Part shown: piece after piece, positions 48,608-59,400 of the stretch
How positions within the stretch are numbered: the stretch's first letter is position 1
Layout of the letters: each line of letters opens with the position of its first letter
DNA from: Candidatus Hermodarchaeota archaeon
GTDB taxonomy: Archaea > Asgardarchaeota > Thorarchaeia > Thorarchaeales > Thorarchaeaceae
Length of the DNA stretch: 64,000 nt
NCBI GenBank assembly: GCA_048885865.1
Contig: JBHLLF010000006.1
Span: forward strand, 63,306-127,305
Direction: 5' to 3'
The notes under the pieces: generated by a model
Told to the model about the DNA's origin: nothing
The model's input: only the letters and a program-made list of their open reading frames with translations
Database searches by the model: none
Program-made: the position numbers and the translations under genes

Positions 48608-50209
48608 CTAATTGTCATCGATTGGGAGTAATCCCTTCTTCAACACGGTGTCAGTGGGGATATCCATCGTTTCTGGATAGTCGCGATTGAAGTGAGCCCC
48701 ACGACTCTCCTTACGCATGCGTGCCATCCTAATAATCAACTCAGCAACAGTAGCGATGTTACGCAACTCAACGAGGTCTGGATTGATAACAAAGTCCCAA
48801 TAGAACTCCTCAATCTCCTTGGCGATGAATTCGATTCGATTTCTGGCACGAATCAACCTCTTGTTCGTCCTTACAATACCTACGTAGTTGACCATTAGTC
48901 TCCTGACTTCATCCCAGAGATGGGAGATAACAACATGCTCGTCTGGATCAGTGGCTTCTCCCGGATCCCACGGAGGCATCTCAACTATCTCAATCGGTTG
49001 CTCAATCTCCTCCGCTGCCGCTATCGAGGCATTACGGGCCATTACTGCACCCTCTAAGAGAGAGTTAGATGCCAGTCTGTTCGCACCATGGAATCCTGTA
49101 CCAGCTGTTTCTCCGATAGCATAGAGACCTGCAACGTCGGTCCGACCGTTTACATCAGCCTTGACACCACCGCAGACATAATGCACGGCTGGCACAATAG
49201 GAATTGGTTCCTTTGTGATGTCTATGCCAGCCTGAAGACAGGTTTCATAGATAGCTGGGAATCTATCACGAATGAAATCCGCATCTTTGAAGGAGATGTC
49301 TAAGTAGGCGTGGTCAGCACCAGTCTGCTTCAATATATTATCGATTGCCCTTGCCACGATGTCACGGGGTGCCAGCTCAGCATCTTCATGATGCTTATCC
49401 ATGAATCGTTTGCCATCTGGACCAAGGAGCACGGCTCCCTCACCGCGCAACGCCTCTGAAATTAGGAATGAACGGATTTTCGGATGAAATAGGATGGTTG
49501 GATGAAACTGAATGAACTCCAGATTAGTGATAGAAGCACCAGCGCGATAAGCCATTGCGATCCCATCACCAGTCGAGATGTCAGGATTGCTTGTGTAGAG
49601 GAACACCCTGCCTGCCCCGCCTGTGGCTAGGATAGTGATCTTGGCGATGAACCTGTCAACCATTCCTGTGTTGATATCGAGTACATAGGCTCCCATGACC
49701 CTTGCGTTGCTCGTGAATAGGTTGACAGCCATGTGGTGTTCAAAGACCTCGATATTGGGCTCCTTTCTGACCTTGGCAATGAGGACTCTCTCAATGTCCG
49801 CACCGGTGTGATCTTTCACATGCAAGACCCTTCGATGACTGTGCCCACCCTCCATCCCTAGGTCGAGCTCATCACATTCTTCATTCTCACAGAAATCTAC
49901 TCCAAGGTCCATCAGTTCCTGCACAGCTACAGGGCCTTGACGAACTATGTTCTGCACCACATCTCGATGGCAGAGGCCCGCACCTACTCTTATGGTGTCT
50001 TCTATGTGAGATTCAACCGAATCTTCTTGGGACATGACGGCTGCAATTCCACCTTGAGCTTTGCTCGTCGCACTATCAGCTAGAACTGCTTTAGTCAGCA
50101 GATGGACTCTGCCATGCTTTGCTATCTTTAGGGAGAACAATAGACCAGAGATACCTGTGCCAATCACAAGGAAGTCACACTTGCGAATATCGCTCAAGGT
50201 GGCTGTCAC
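48608..50209 (-). CDS. nadB: L-aspartate oxidase
   Basis: AQGGIAA, EGGHS.RR, QFHPT, SEALRGEG, HY.CGG, HGANRLASNSLLE, ESRG.H. Confidence 0.94.
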   Translation of the reverse strand: MTATLSDIRKCDFLVIGTGISGLLFSLKIAKHGRVHLLTKAVLADSATSKAQGGIAAVMSQEDSVESHIEDTIRVGAGLCHRDVVQNIVRQGPVAVQELMDLGVDFCENEECDELDLGMEGGHSHRRVLHVKDHTGADIERVLIAKVRKEPNIEVFEHHMAVNLFTSNARVMGAYVLDINTGMVDRFIAKITILATGGAGRVFLYTSNPDISTGDGIAMAYRAGASITNLEFIQFHPTILFHPKIRSFLISEALRGEGAVLLGPDGKRFMDKHHEDAELAPRDIVARAIDNILKQTGADHAYLDISFKDADFIRDRFPAIYETCLQAGIDITKEPIPIVPAVHYVCGGVKADVNGRTDVAGLYAIGETAGTGFHGANRLASNSLLEGAVMARNASIAAAEEIEQPIEIVEMPPWDPGEATDPDEHVVISHLWDEVRRLMVNYVGIVRTNKRLIRARNRIEFIAKEIEEFYWDFVINPDLVELRNIATVAELIIRMARMRKESRGAHFNRDYPETMDIPTDTVLKKGLLPIDDN

Positions 50210-50256
50210 CTCTATGTTTGCAGCTTCCTCAAGCAGTTAAGTCATTTCCCCTGAGG

Positions 50257-50916
50257 CTATCCCACTGATGTGCCGCAATACTCGCATGTGACGAGCTTGC
50301 CTTTCTTCAGTTGGTCAGCTTGTTCCACTTTGAACTTGCTACCACACATTGGACAAAGCCAGACCTTCACTTCCTCTGAGACCACTTCCCCACGAATTGC
50401 GTTCAGTACTCGGTCCACCCAAGCAACATATGTGACCTGGTCTAACGCACGAAATCCTTCAATGGCCTCATCCAGAAGTGGCTTTGCTTCATCTAGGCGT
50501 GCCATTCCGCGAAGAGCATTCGCAAGTCCAAATGCATTCCATGCGGAATACCACTTGTCTGAGATGCCCCGTGCGATTTCCAGACCGGATTGAAAGTAGG
50601 TTGCGGCTGTGGAATAGTCCATCTTGTGAAGAGCGACTTCACCGAGGCCCCAATTCGCAGCTGACTGATACCAAAGATTAGACATCTCAGCACCCTCCTC
50701 AAGGAGGTTCTTATACAGTTTCTCAGCTTTCTTGAGATTGCGGGCATTGACCGTACAGTCGGCCATCACTCGTAGTGCCTCTATTGCCTGGTCCACCCTT
50801 CCTTCTTTCTGAAACTTCTTTCTCGCTTTCTCTGCGGCTTTGATGCATTTGTCAAACTTGGAGGCCTGATGATTCTGAACGGCCTCGTGGAGCAATTCTT
50901 CAGGACTTGGTGACAT
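50257..50916 (-). CDS. TPR protein with C-terminal zinc ribbon
   Basis: TPR-type helices (A..GLG.....A..YF..GL.IA) and CPMC...CEYC. Confidence 0.75.
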   Translation of the reverse strand: MSPSPEELLHEAVQNHQASKFDKCIKAAEKARKKFQKEGRVDQAIEALRVMADCTVNARNLKKAEKLYKNLLEEGAEMSNLWYQSAANWGLGEVALHKMDYSTAATYFQSGLEIARGISDKWYSAWNAFGLANALRGMARLDEAKPLLDEAIEGFRALDQVTYVAWVDRVLNAIRGEVVSEEVKVWLCPMCGSKFKVEQADQLKKGKLVTCEYCGTSVG

Positions 50917-50966
50917 GAAACTTCCAGAGGAGAGAAACGATATAAAGCAAATGTAACGAGCTGCTG

Positions 50967-53324
50967 TTATCTATGGACAGTTACAACTATATTGGTGGAG
51001 AGGGGCAGAATTCTAACGAAGGGCGAAACGGGATCTTTTGCTCTGTCAATAATGACCCCGCCGAAAGCTTTGACCATAGGGAGGGCAAAGTGAGTAGGAA
51101 CCTGTATGACTAGCTCGCGTGGAAGATTCCTCATGCCCACCTCAATCTGATGTTGATTGGTCGAAACGCCAACTTCGATATCCACTTCGCCATGACTCGT
51201 TGGGAGCGATTTCGCCGTGAGAGGTGTCGAGGACATATACCATTCATCTGAGATAGCCGGAAGAATAACCAGGTCCTCACCATCTTCGAACAACATCATC
51301 TCTCGAACGAGCAGTAGAAGATCAACAGCTGCCATTAGACTACATCCATCGCCGTCGCCGCCTCCGGATGTTCGTATGTTCACGAATTCCGGAAGAGTGT
51401 AAAACTCGGAAGTGAAGTCTGCCACTTTCTCCAACATCTGAAGAGTTGCAAACTCATCCTTCCGAAGGACATGGTAATGAGCGAGTCTGAGTCCCAAATG
51501 ACCAGACACTCTGCCATCGGGCGCGGGGAGCCGAATGAGATGCTTTGAGACCAGGCTATGCACTGAGGCGATTACTGTTTCGACAAAATCAGTTGATACT
51601 AGATCGCCTCCCAGAAGTACAATTGCATCGAGCAGGTTCAACGCATCCACTTGCCCGGCTGCAGTTGTAAACACATCCCCATAAGCCAGTCGATCTACAT
51701 TCTCAGACACAAGTGACATGTATCGCACCACAGCTTCACTGATAGATTCGAACCTCTCCTTGTCACCTAGAGCGTCGTAAGCGTTGCTAACGAGTACAAG
51801 TGCAGACAATCTCCAGAGGGCATCAGATAGATCGATGAGTTGCCAAGGCTCTTGGGATTTGGGAGGTTCAGGTTCTGGCTCCAGAGTCTCTTCAGATGTC
51901 TCTTGGGAAGCCTCAAGTAACTCAGTCACTCCAAGAAACTCTCTGTCTTCAGTTGTGAGAATCTCCGTAAAATCTTCAGCCATGTGGGGCGTTTCTGTGG
52001 CAGCTTGTTGCGCTTCAATTGTTTCCAGGATTCTTTTCGTCAAGTCATCCATGAAGGGTGAGATACTTCCAAGGAATTCAACATCGTTGCTGTGAATATA
52101 GTACTGCAAAACTCCCCAAAGATACGGTCCGAAAACGGACGAGGCAGCATCTGACGGAACCTTGCTTGGTTTGCCGATGGCTAATGAGATCTCTTTTGCC
52201 TCTGGGAGGCTTCCAGTTCGTGAGAGAGCGAGGAGAATGCGGGCTTTCTCACGCCAGCTCACATCAGGTGCATCCATTATGGCAGTTGCCGCCCGGATAG
52301 CTAATGTGGCCTTTGCTTGGACAACTAGCAGGTCCAGGGCTCTGTTTGGAAACGCAAAACTTGTCGTGCAGCCCATAAATTCAAACCAGTTGCCTACAGT
52401 GACGTCTCGCATCTTTGTGCTAGCCGGAAAATCGACCATCTCATCTGACTTTCTGATAGGCTTTAATGGACTAATGAAATAGAAGCGCTTTGAAGCAGCT
52501 GGTGCCAATGTCACCTCATAGCGTAGAATGGCTGTGGCTAGACCCTTGGCTGCGCTGAATTCGTTGTCCATTCGCTTCTTCTGTGCCATTATTGTTTCGG
52601 ATAGATTCGGATTATCACCCGTCGACAGTACTACTGATTTTGGTTGAACATCTACGCTGAATGCAAGAAAGGCATTGGCATAGAGCTTGCGTTTCTCATT
52701 GTCAAACTCTAGGGTTTCTATTGGCTCAACGCCTCTAACGGACATTGGCCGGAGGACTGCATAGAAGGTGAAACTCGCTTCAGTAAGTGAATGGTTTTTC
52801 ACTAGAACCTCATTATAGACGGCTTCCTCTCCATTGTAACTGACATGATAGATGTGCCTGGAAAACTCGATAGGCCCCCTGATTGTCTTCCACTCGAAGA
52901 TCTGATCTTCAGGAGAAACTAGACAAAGTCTTGGTCCGTCGCGGTCCACCGTCGATGGATAAATCAACTCTCCGCTGACTTCAAGCCAGAAGTCCAAAGA
53001 GCCACATTGAGGGACGGCAGTGACTAGGCCACTCTCATCAGTCACTGCATAACACCTAGCACCAGGATTTCCCACAATAGTCCAGTTTCTGAGATGGTCA
53101 TTCGAAACTCCAGCTTCATCAAACGGAGTCTTCTGCTTTTGTAGGCGGGCCCAGCGCGGCAACATCCAAGGCTCGGCATTTGTGTATATGCGACCATTCA
53201 GACCAATGCGCAATTGCTCAGCTTCGTATTCGCGACTGAGTTCTTTAGATTCGATGGTCAGACGATTGTTTCTGGCGACTCGCCGCAATCGGTCCAGACT
53301 GCCATCATCAATCTTGTTGAACAT
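50967..53324 (-). CDS. Six-hairpin glycosidase-like protein (beta-sandwich + alpha/alpha toroid), family uncertain
   Basis: RNWT.VG, beta-rich N-half, helical C-half, GDGDG, L.ILPA...W, LPT.HG typical of GH15/63/65-like clans. Confidence 0.55.
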   Translation of the reverse strand: MFNKIDDGSLDRLRRVARNNRLTIESKELSREYEAEQLRIGLNGRIYTNAEPWMLPRWARLQKQKTPFDEAGVSNDHLRNWTIVGNPGARCYAVTDESGLVTAVPQCGSLDFWLEVSGELIYPSTVDRDGPRLCLVSPEDQIFEWKTIRGPIEFSRHIYHVSYNGEEAVYNEVLVKNHSLTEASFTFYAVLRPMSVRGVEPIETLEFDNEKRKLYANAFLAFSVDVQPKSVVLSTGDNPNLSETIMAQKKRMDNEFSAAKGLATAILRYEVTLAPAASKRFYFISPLKPIRKSDEMVDFPASTKMRDVTVGNWFEFMGCTTSFAFPNRALDLLVVQAKATLAIRAATAIMDAPDVSWREKARILLALSRTGSLPEAKEISLAIGKPSKVPSDAASSVFGPYLWGVLQYYIHSNDVEFLGSISPFMDDLTKRILETIEAQQAATETPHMAEDFTEILTTEDREFLGVTELLEASQETSEETLEPEPEPPKSQEPWQLIDLSDALWRLSALVLVSNAYDALGDKERFESISEAVVRYMSLVSENVDRLAYGDVFTTAAGQVDALNLLDAIVLLGGDLVSTDFVETVIASVHSLVSKHLIRLPAPDGRVSGHLGLRLAHYHVLRKDEFATLQMLEKVADFTSEFYTLPEFVNIRTSGGGDGDGCSLMAAVDLLLLVREMMLFEDGEDLVILPAISDEWYMSSTPLTAKSLPTSHGEVDIEVGVSTNQHQIEVGMRNLPRELVIQVPTHFALPMVKAFGGVIIDRAKDPVSPFVRILPLSTNIVVTVHR

Positions 53325-53520
53325 CAGCTCTGCCTCTAACCCAATCAGATACTATTCTGTTTGCTCGCATCTACTGGCTATTAATGTATCAGGTAGATGC
53401 CCCCTTACAAGGAGATAGAGACTATAGATACCTAAGCCTTAATAGCGAAAATCTGGGGGTTGAACAGCAGACAGGCAAAATCACTGGGGTATAGATGAAT
53501 CTTCTTAGAGGGAATCTGAA

Positions 53521-54714
53521 ATGGCGGAAACACTCACCAAACCATCTCGTCGCATACGAAACATGGTGGCGAAGGAACTCCGCCTCATAGTCAAAGACAA
53601 GGTGGCACTCTTTCTCATTTTCCTGCTGCCCGCAGCACTCATTGGTATGCTCTGGTGGGTGAGTGATATGAGTGAAATTGGAGGCACATCCCTGGGAGGG
53701 GGAGGTGGTGCAATGGGAGGAGGCTCTGGAGATGGCGGAGAGAATGAAACATTAGAGGGCACCGGAATTGTCCTTGGTATAATAGATCAGGACACGACAC
53801 GTACCTACAGCGGAGAGGATTTGTCTGAGAACTTCACAGCATTTGTAGAATTAATAGTCGATGAGCTTGTGGTGTTCAACGATACTGAGGTCGCGTTCGA
53901 TGCCTTATACAATCAGGAGATAGACGGTTTTATTGTCATACCGGATGGTTTTGAGAGAAACCTAACAATAAACGAGCCGACCTACATAGAGATGCATGTG
54001 GACTCCACGGACCTTATTGGTCAAAGCATGGTTCAGGGTGTCGTTCAAGGTTCGGTTATCGCGTTTAGGGCATCTAAATTATGGATTATATCAGAAGTGT
54101 TCCCCAACGTGGTGACTGAGTTCGTTCCTGAGGGTTCAACCTTGATGGCTTCATTTGGAGGCTTTATTGTTGTCTTCTCATCTTACCTTGGAATTGCGAT
54201 GACAGCAGCACAGAGCATTGTTGGAGACATTCCACTCAGGAGAATGCTTTTGACACCCACGAATAGACTGGAAGTAATTGTCGCCAAAGTATTGGGCTAT
54301 GTAGTTATTGGATTCTTTCAATCCCTTCTACTGATTTCTCTGTGGGTCATTGTCTTTGACCTCAATCTGAATACAGGATTCGAGTCCCTTGTAATAATAA
54401 TGAGTCTCACGTCACTGACCGGCTCGACCACTGGAATCCTCATATCCGCAGTGGCAGGCACTAGATTGCAGGCCAACCAGATGTTCCTATTCGTGATGTT
54501 CGCAACTGTGATTCTCTCGGGCTTCTTTATCGATGTTGGGTTCCTAAATGAGATACTTCCGATGAATCTGGGACTGAATGTGTTAATAGCTACAGCATTC
54601 AAGGGGCTAACACTATTGGATGTCTGGCCATCCATCGTGACTCTATTGGGATTCTCAGTCTTCGCTGTCTTAGCTGCATCGTTCATATTCTCCAAGAAGC
54701 CAACTCTTGATTAG
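53521..54714 (+). CDS. ABC-2 type exporter permease
   Basis: KE.R...D, extracellular domain with IPDGF, RRMLLTP, K.LGY, LSGFF, six TMs. Confidence 0.88.
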   Translation: MAETLTKPSRRIRNMVAKELRLIVKDKVALFLIFLLPAALIGMLWWVSDMSEIGGTSLGGGGGAMGGGSGDGGENETLEGTGIVLGIIDQDTTRTYSGEDLSENFTAFVELIVDELVVFNDTEVAFDALYNQEIDGFIVIPDGFERNLTINEPTYIEMHVDSTDLIGQSMVQGVVQGSVIAFRASKLWIISEVFPNVVTEFVPEGSTLMASFGGFIVVFSSYLGIAMTAAQSIVGDIPLRRMLLTPTNRLEVIVAKVLGYVVIGFFQSLLLISLWVIVFDLNLNTGFESLVIIMSLTSLTGSTTGILISAVAGTRLQANQMFLFVMFATVILSGFFIDVGFLNEILPMNLGLNVLIATAFKGLTLLDVWPSIVTLLGFSVFAVLAASFIFSKKPTLD

Positions 54715-54723
54715 GTGAGCAAA

Positions 54724-56418
54724 ATGGTAGAGAGATCAGAACTTGAATCAACCCGTGCCGAGGGAACTCCTGCATTTGTGGAAGAGGCCTACTTCTCAGG
54801 AGCCAGACTGGCAGAGGCCATTGATTGGTGCCTAGCTCGAAACGACCGTGAGCTGCATATTGATGTCCAAGGCACACTAACATCCAATGGAAGAGATGTC
54901 AAGTTCAAAGGTCGAATCCTCAAGGTCAAGAAAGGAGTTCTCACCAGGAGAATTGCAGTCTATGTTGAGGAAGATTTGAGACGGAGGAGGAGAGGTGATC
55001 TCGACCTTGTTCTGACAGTGGGTGGAGATGGTGCAACGCAAGAGGACGTTGCAGCCACTGAAATAACCCTGCAGAACTACCTGAAGAGAGACCTGTCAGA
55101 AGAGCTATACTACGACGGAAGAGATCTACAGCAAGCTGTGAAAGAGCTAATTCGGATTAAGAGCGAACAGAGCTTATGTACTGTATGGGGTAAGAGAGCC
55201 TCCGATCAACTTCCAATTATGATTACAGGAAATGTGATAGGGTTCTCCACTGATGCGCTCCACCCAAGGAGAGGCACAATCCTTCCTGAGGGCTTTCTTG
55301 AGGTACGAGTTGAGCCGGAGGGTGTGATTGGAGACCCGAAGATTTACCTAGTTGCACAGCCTCAGCTGCTTCTTGGCCCTAGATCGAATCCTAACCTCAC
55401 GATTATCGCAGAAAAAGTATACATTCAACCCTTTGCATGGAAGGAGGCTCCCGCCTATAGAGATGTGTTAGAGGCACGAAACCTCACTGTGAAACTGAAA
55501 AGCGGTCAGAGGCTAATCGAGAATGTATCCTTTGCATTGCAGGAGGGGCAGATGCTGGCCATAATTGGAGAGAGCGGAGCAGGCAAATCAACGACTGTCA
55601 AAGCACTCATAGGAGACATACCTAGCACCGGGGTTTCTAGGATTGCTGGTATAGACTCACGGCAGACCTCAAAAGTGCGTCACTTCTTTGGGTACTGTCC
55701 GCAAGACCTATCGTACATGTATGAGACCTTCACACCACTTGAGAATATCATCGCCTTCGGAAAGCAATACGACATTCCCGAATGGCAGCTGATTCAGAGG
55801 GGGAAGGCGCTCCTCAGAGACTTTGGCATCCTCGACAAGGGGAACAACGCTACGAAGGAACTGAGCGGCGGTGAGCAGCGCAGAGTTTCAATTTCAGTTG
55901 CAATGGGTCATATGCCAAAAGTGCTGCTCATGGATGAACCTACCAGCGGTCTTGATCCGGACAATAGAACCGAACTATGGCAATATCTCAACTACATCAA
56001 CCAGGAGTACGGCACCTCCATCATAGTGATTACTCACTATCCAATCGAGTCTGAGTTCTGTGATAAGGTAGCAGTCTTCATGAGAGGCAAAAGTCTGGTC
56101 TCATACGGTAGTCCTAGAAGCCTAAAGGAGTCTATGCCAAACAATGGATTCTCAGTAGGAGTTGTGTTGGAAGAAGTCGATCCTCGGGCAAGAAAGACCC
56201 TCGAAGCCATCAAGGGCGTTCGGTTTGTGCTGCAACGTGGAGAGTTGCTAAAGGTGTTTACTGACGAACCACTGGAAGTCATTGCAGAGAGGTGTGTCAC
56301 TGCATTGAAGGAGAAAGAGATTGCAGTCAAGATTGTCAAGACGAAGGCTGTCGCAGATATGGTTGATTATTACATTGCAATTACCCGGGGCCTCATTCAA
56401 GGCTCTTTAGAGAAGTGA
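54724..56418 (+). CDS. ABC exporter ATPase with N-terminal tandem TrmB C-terminal (sugar-binding)-like domains
   Basis: GESGAGKST, LSGGE, LLMDEPTSGLD, THY; N-terminal about 250 aa contains TVGGDGATQED. Confidence 0.85.
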   Translation: MVERSELESTRAEGTPAFVEEAYFSGARLAEAIDWCLARNDRELHIDVQGTLTSNGRDVKFKGRILKVKKGVLTRRIAVYVEEDLRRRRRGDLDLVLTVGGDGATQEDVAATEITLQNYLKRDLSEELYYDGRDLQQAVKELIRIKSEQSLCTVWGKRASDQLPIMITGNVIGFSTDALHPRRGTILPEGFLEVRVEPEGVIGDPKIYLVAQPQLLLGPRSNPNLTIIAEKVYIQPFAWKEAPAYRDVLEARNLTVKLKSGQRLIENVSFALQEGQMLAIIGESGAGKSTTVKALIGDIPSTGVSRIAGIDSRQTSKVRHFFGYCPQDLSYMYETFTPLENIIAFGKQYDIPEWQLIQRGKALLRDFGILDKGNNATKELSGGEQRRVSISVAMGHMPKVLLMDEPTSGLDPDNRTELWQYLNYINQEYGTSIIVITHYPIESEFCDKVAVFMRGKSLVSYGSPRSLKESMPNNGFSVGVVLEEVDPRARKTLEAIKGVRFVLQRGELLKVFTDEPLEVIAERCVTALKEKEIAVKIVKTKAVADMVDYYIAITRGLIQGSLEK

Positions 56419-56422
56419 TACA

Positions 56423-59400
56423 ATGACCAGGGTCCATCAGAAGAGAGCATTGGTATGGAGCAGACTCCTCGCCTGTTCAATGATGGCGCTAATGTTAGTC
56501 AGTGGCATTGCTGGCATAACACCAGTTGGACCTCAAGCCGCTATTAGGGACCCTATGAGCAAGATCGATAGTCTACTCCTAAATGAAACGGACTCAGAAG
56601 ATTCGCTGGACCTTCTTGTTACTTATGACACTGCAGCAGGTGAAACCAAGGCTCGCAATGCATTGGCATTTTTAGACAAGACAGCAGAGGTCCTTGACAC
56701 CTTTGATGAACTGAACATGATTCGGGTGAAGCTAGTCGGAAGGGCCATTTCGCAGCTTGCTGAAGAGGACTTCATCACAGGCATCTGGTCTAATGAAGTA
56801 CAGGCAATTTCTAAGCCCAGGTCCTTCTCTGCGTCAAGTGCATCTTCGGATGAGTATGCATCCCCGGTCAACACGACCGGAGCCAGACAATTATGGGACC
56901 AAGGCTACAATGGCACAGGGGTGGTCATAGCTGTCTTGGACACGGGTGTCGATACGAGCCATGAAGATGTGAACAAAGTCAACGCCTTCGCTTCTTTTGT
57001 CGAAGCGGACACTCTGCCTACTGACATAATCGGCCATGGAACCTATGCAGCATCCGTAGCAGCAGGCACTGGCAATATGTCCAATGGTGTCTATGCTGGA
57101 ATAGCTCCTGGTGCCACATTGCTTTCAGCAAAGGTAACACTGGGAGGCCTCTTTGCTGCCCCGAGTTGGATAGTATCAGGAATCGAGTGGGCAAGTAGCA
57201 GGGGAGCAGACATCATTCTCCTTCCATTCAACACATTTGGCGCTCCGGGAGATGCTGTGACGCTTGCGGTGAAGGAGGCCACTGAGAAGGGCATTCTCGT
57301 TGTTGCAGCTTCAGGAGACGATGGACCTGACTACTTGACAATAATGTCGCCTGGTGGCTCAGCAGAAGCGTTGACTGTCGGAGCATATGATACTGCGAAG
57401 CAAGAGATCCCTGATTTCTCAGGAAGAGGACCATCCCTATCATTTTTGACCAAGCCTGACCTCGTTGCACCGGGTGTCGGCATTGTTGGTGCTAGGATGG
57501 GTGCAGGTCTAGGAGGCTTGGGATTTGGCGGTCTGGACATGGGAGGGCTTGGAGACATCTCTGGACTCCTAGGAGGAGGATTCCTTGGGGAAACAATTGA
57601 TGAGAATTATACAATCGCTGACACCACAACAGCATCTGCATCTATTGTTGCAGGCGCCGCAGCGATTCTCATGCAGGCTTTCGATAGAGCGACTCCTCTT
57701 GTACTCTCCAATGTCCTTCGGGACACTGCCACTTCTATTGGATATGGGGCAAATGATGGCGGTGCAGGTTTACTAAACCTGCCAGCAGCTTTTGAGTACC
57801 TTGCTGCACGACAGACTCCAATTGAACCTCATAACAGGACCACAGGAACTCCTTTGCTCGCCTTGGGAATTGTGACGGCATCAGGAACAGACGCTTCGAC
57901 CATTCTTTTGATGAGTAGTTTTGGCACCACAGTTGCAGGCTTGGACACACGAGCTGGACAGGACACCAGCATACACATCATGATGGGCATGTTCGCGCTA
58001 AGATGGGGAAACAGAGATCCAACTAATCTCATGGAGTTCGCTGTAAAGAGTGAGATGCATCAAGTTTCACTTGGTTCTGGGGACTATGGCTACTCGCGCT
58101 ATGTTGGTGTACTATCATACGACGATGAGATCTACACTGCGCTAGTCGTCGAGTCCTATAATCTCACAGACTATTCAGACCAGCCACTCACGGCTTTTAG
58201 AGTCACACCGTATATTCTCAATCTAGGACTAGCTCCGGTTGATAATGTCAGTTTGTACCTCTCATACAGTCTTGACATATTTGGTGATGGTGAAGACGAC
58301 CATGGTAAATATGACCTAAATGATGAAGAGCTCTTTGTCTATGGTGTCAATGAGAACCTTGACAATTTCTACTTTGGATTGAACTCGAGCATTCCATTGG
58401 ATGGATTTGAGGTAGGAAACTCCTCGGAGATCTCTTCCAGTGTGTCAAATGATAATCTAACGAGCTCAACCACCTTCGATGGCTCAGTAGGACTTGCAAT
58501 GAAATGGGACTTTGGTGTCTTGCCAATCAATCAACCGGTTAATGTGACAATCGCAATGGGTTTTGGGGAGAACAGGACTGTGATGGATGCCTCCATAGAG
58601 GCAATGTGGGACCTTGACCCTATTACTACAGGAGCCCCAGCGGACGACCTCATCGTTGTGGAAGCTGAAATACCTCGAATCGCGCAGTTGGGAGAAACCT
58701 ACGAGTCAAAAGCAATCGTGATGAATATTGGATGGAATGTCAGCGATGTGACTGCCGCGATGGTCATACTCCATCCTGAGGATGATGGATCATCTTTGTA
58801 CGGACGAATCTTCTCATTTGACGGAGTAAATCCCTTCCAGGCTGTGAAGATGACAGCTGACTGGAGTCCGGAGAAGATGGGAATGAACACGGTATACTGG
58901 GTCACAGCAGGCAATATCGATGATGCACTCTCATTATCCACTGGCTCACTTCTTGCAGGTGGACTTGATTTAACAGCAATAATTGGACTCCTCGACAACT
59001 TCATGATGCGCGATTTGTTTGTTGTCACTCCACTGTCATCTTCATCGGTCTTTCCGAAAGACATCCCATTTGCACCGTTTGACATTCACTTTCCCGCCGA
59101 CTTCGGACTCTACACATTTGTTGTTTCTACCAATGTGCCCTTGGGCAACCTCACAGTGCAGAAGCATGGCAATGCGAGTGACTGGGGCAACACCACCCTG
59201 AACAGCATGGATAATGTCGTAGGATACTACAACTTCTCATTGTTTCTTCTTGCTCCTCCAATCACAATAGACGGCTATCATCGATGCGACTATGTAATTG
59301 AAACCGACCAAGGGTGGACCTCCAATATCACTCTTGAGAGAGTACTTGAGTACCCGAGAGCTATGATGCTGCTCGACACATCTCATGGAGGTGGCTTATC

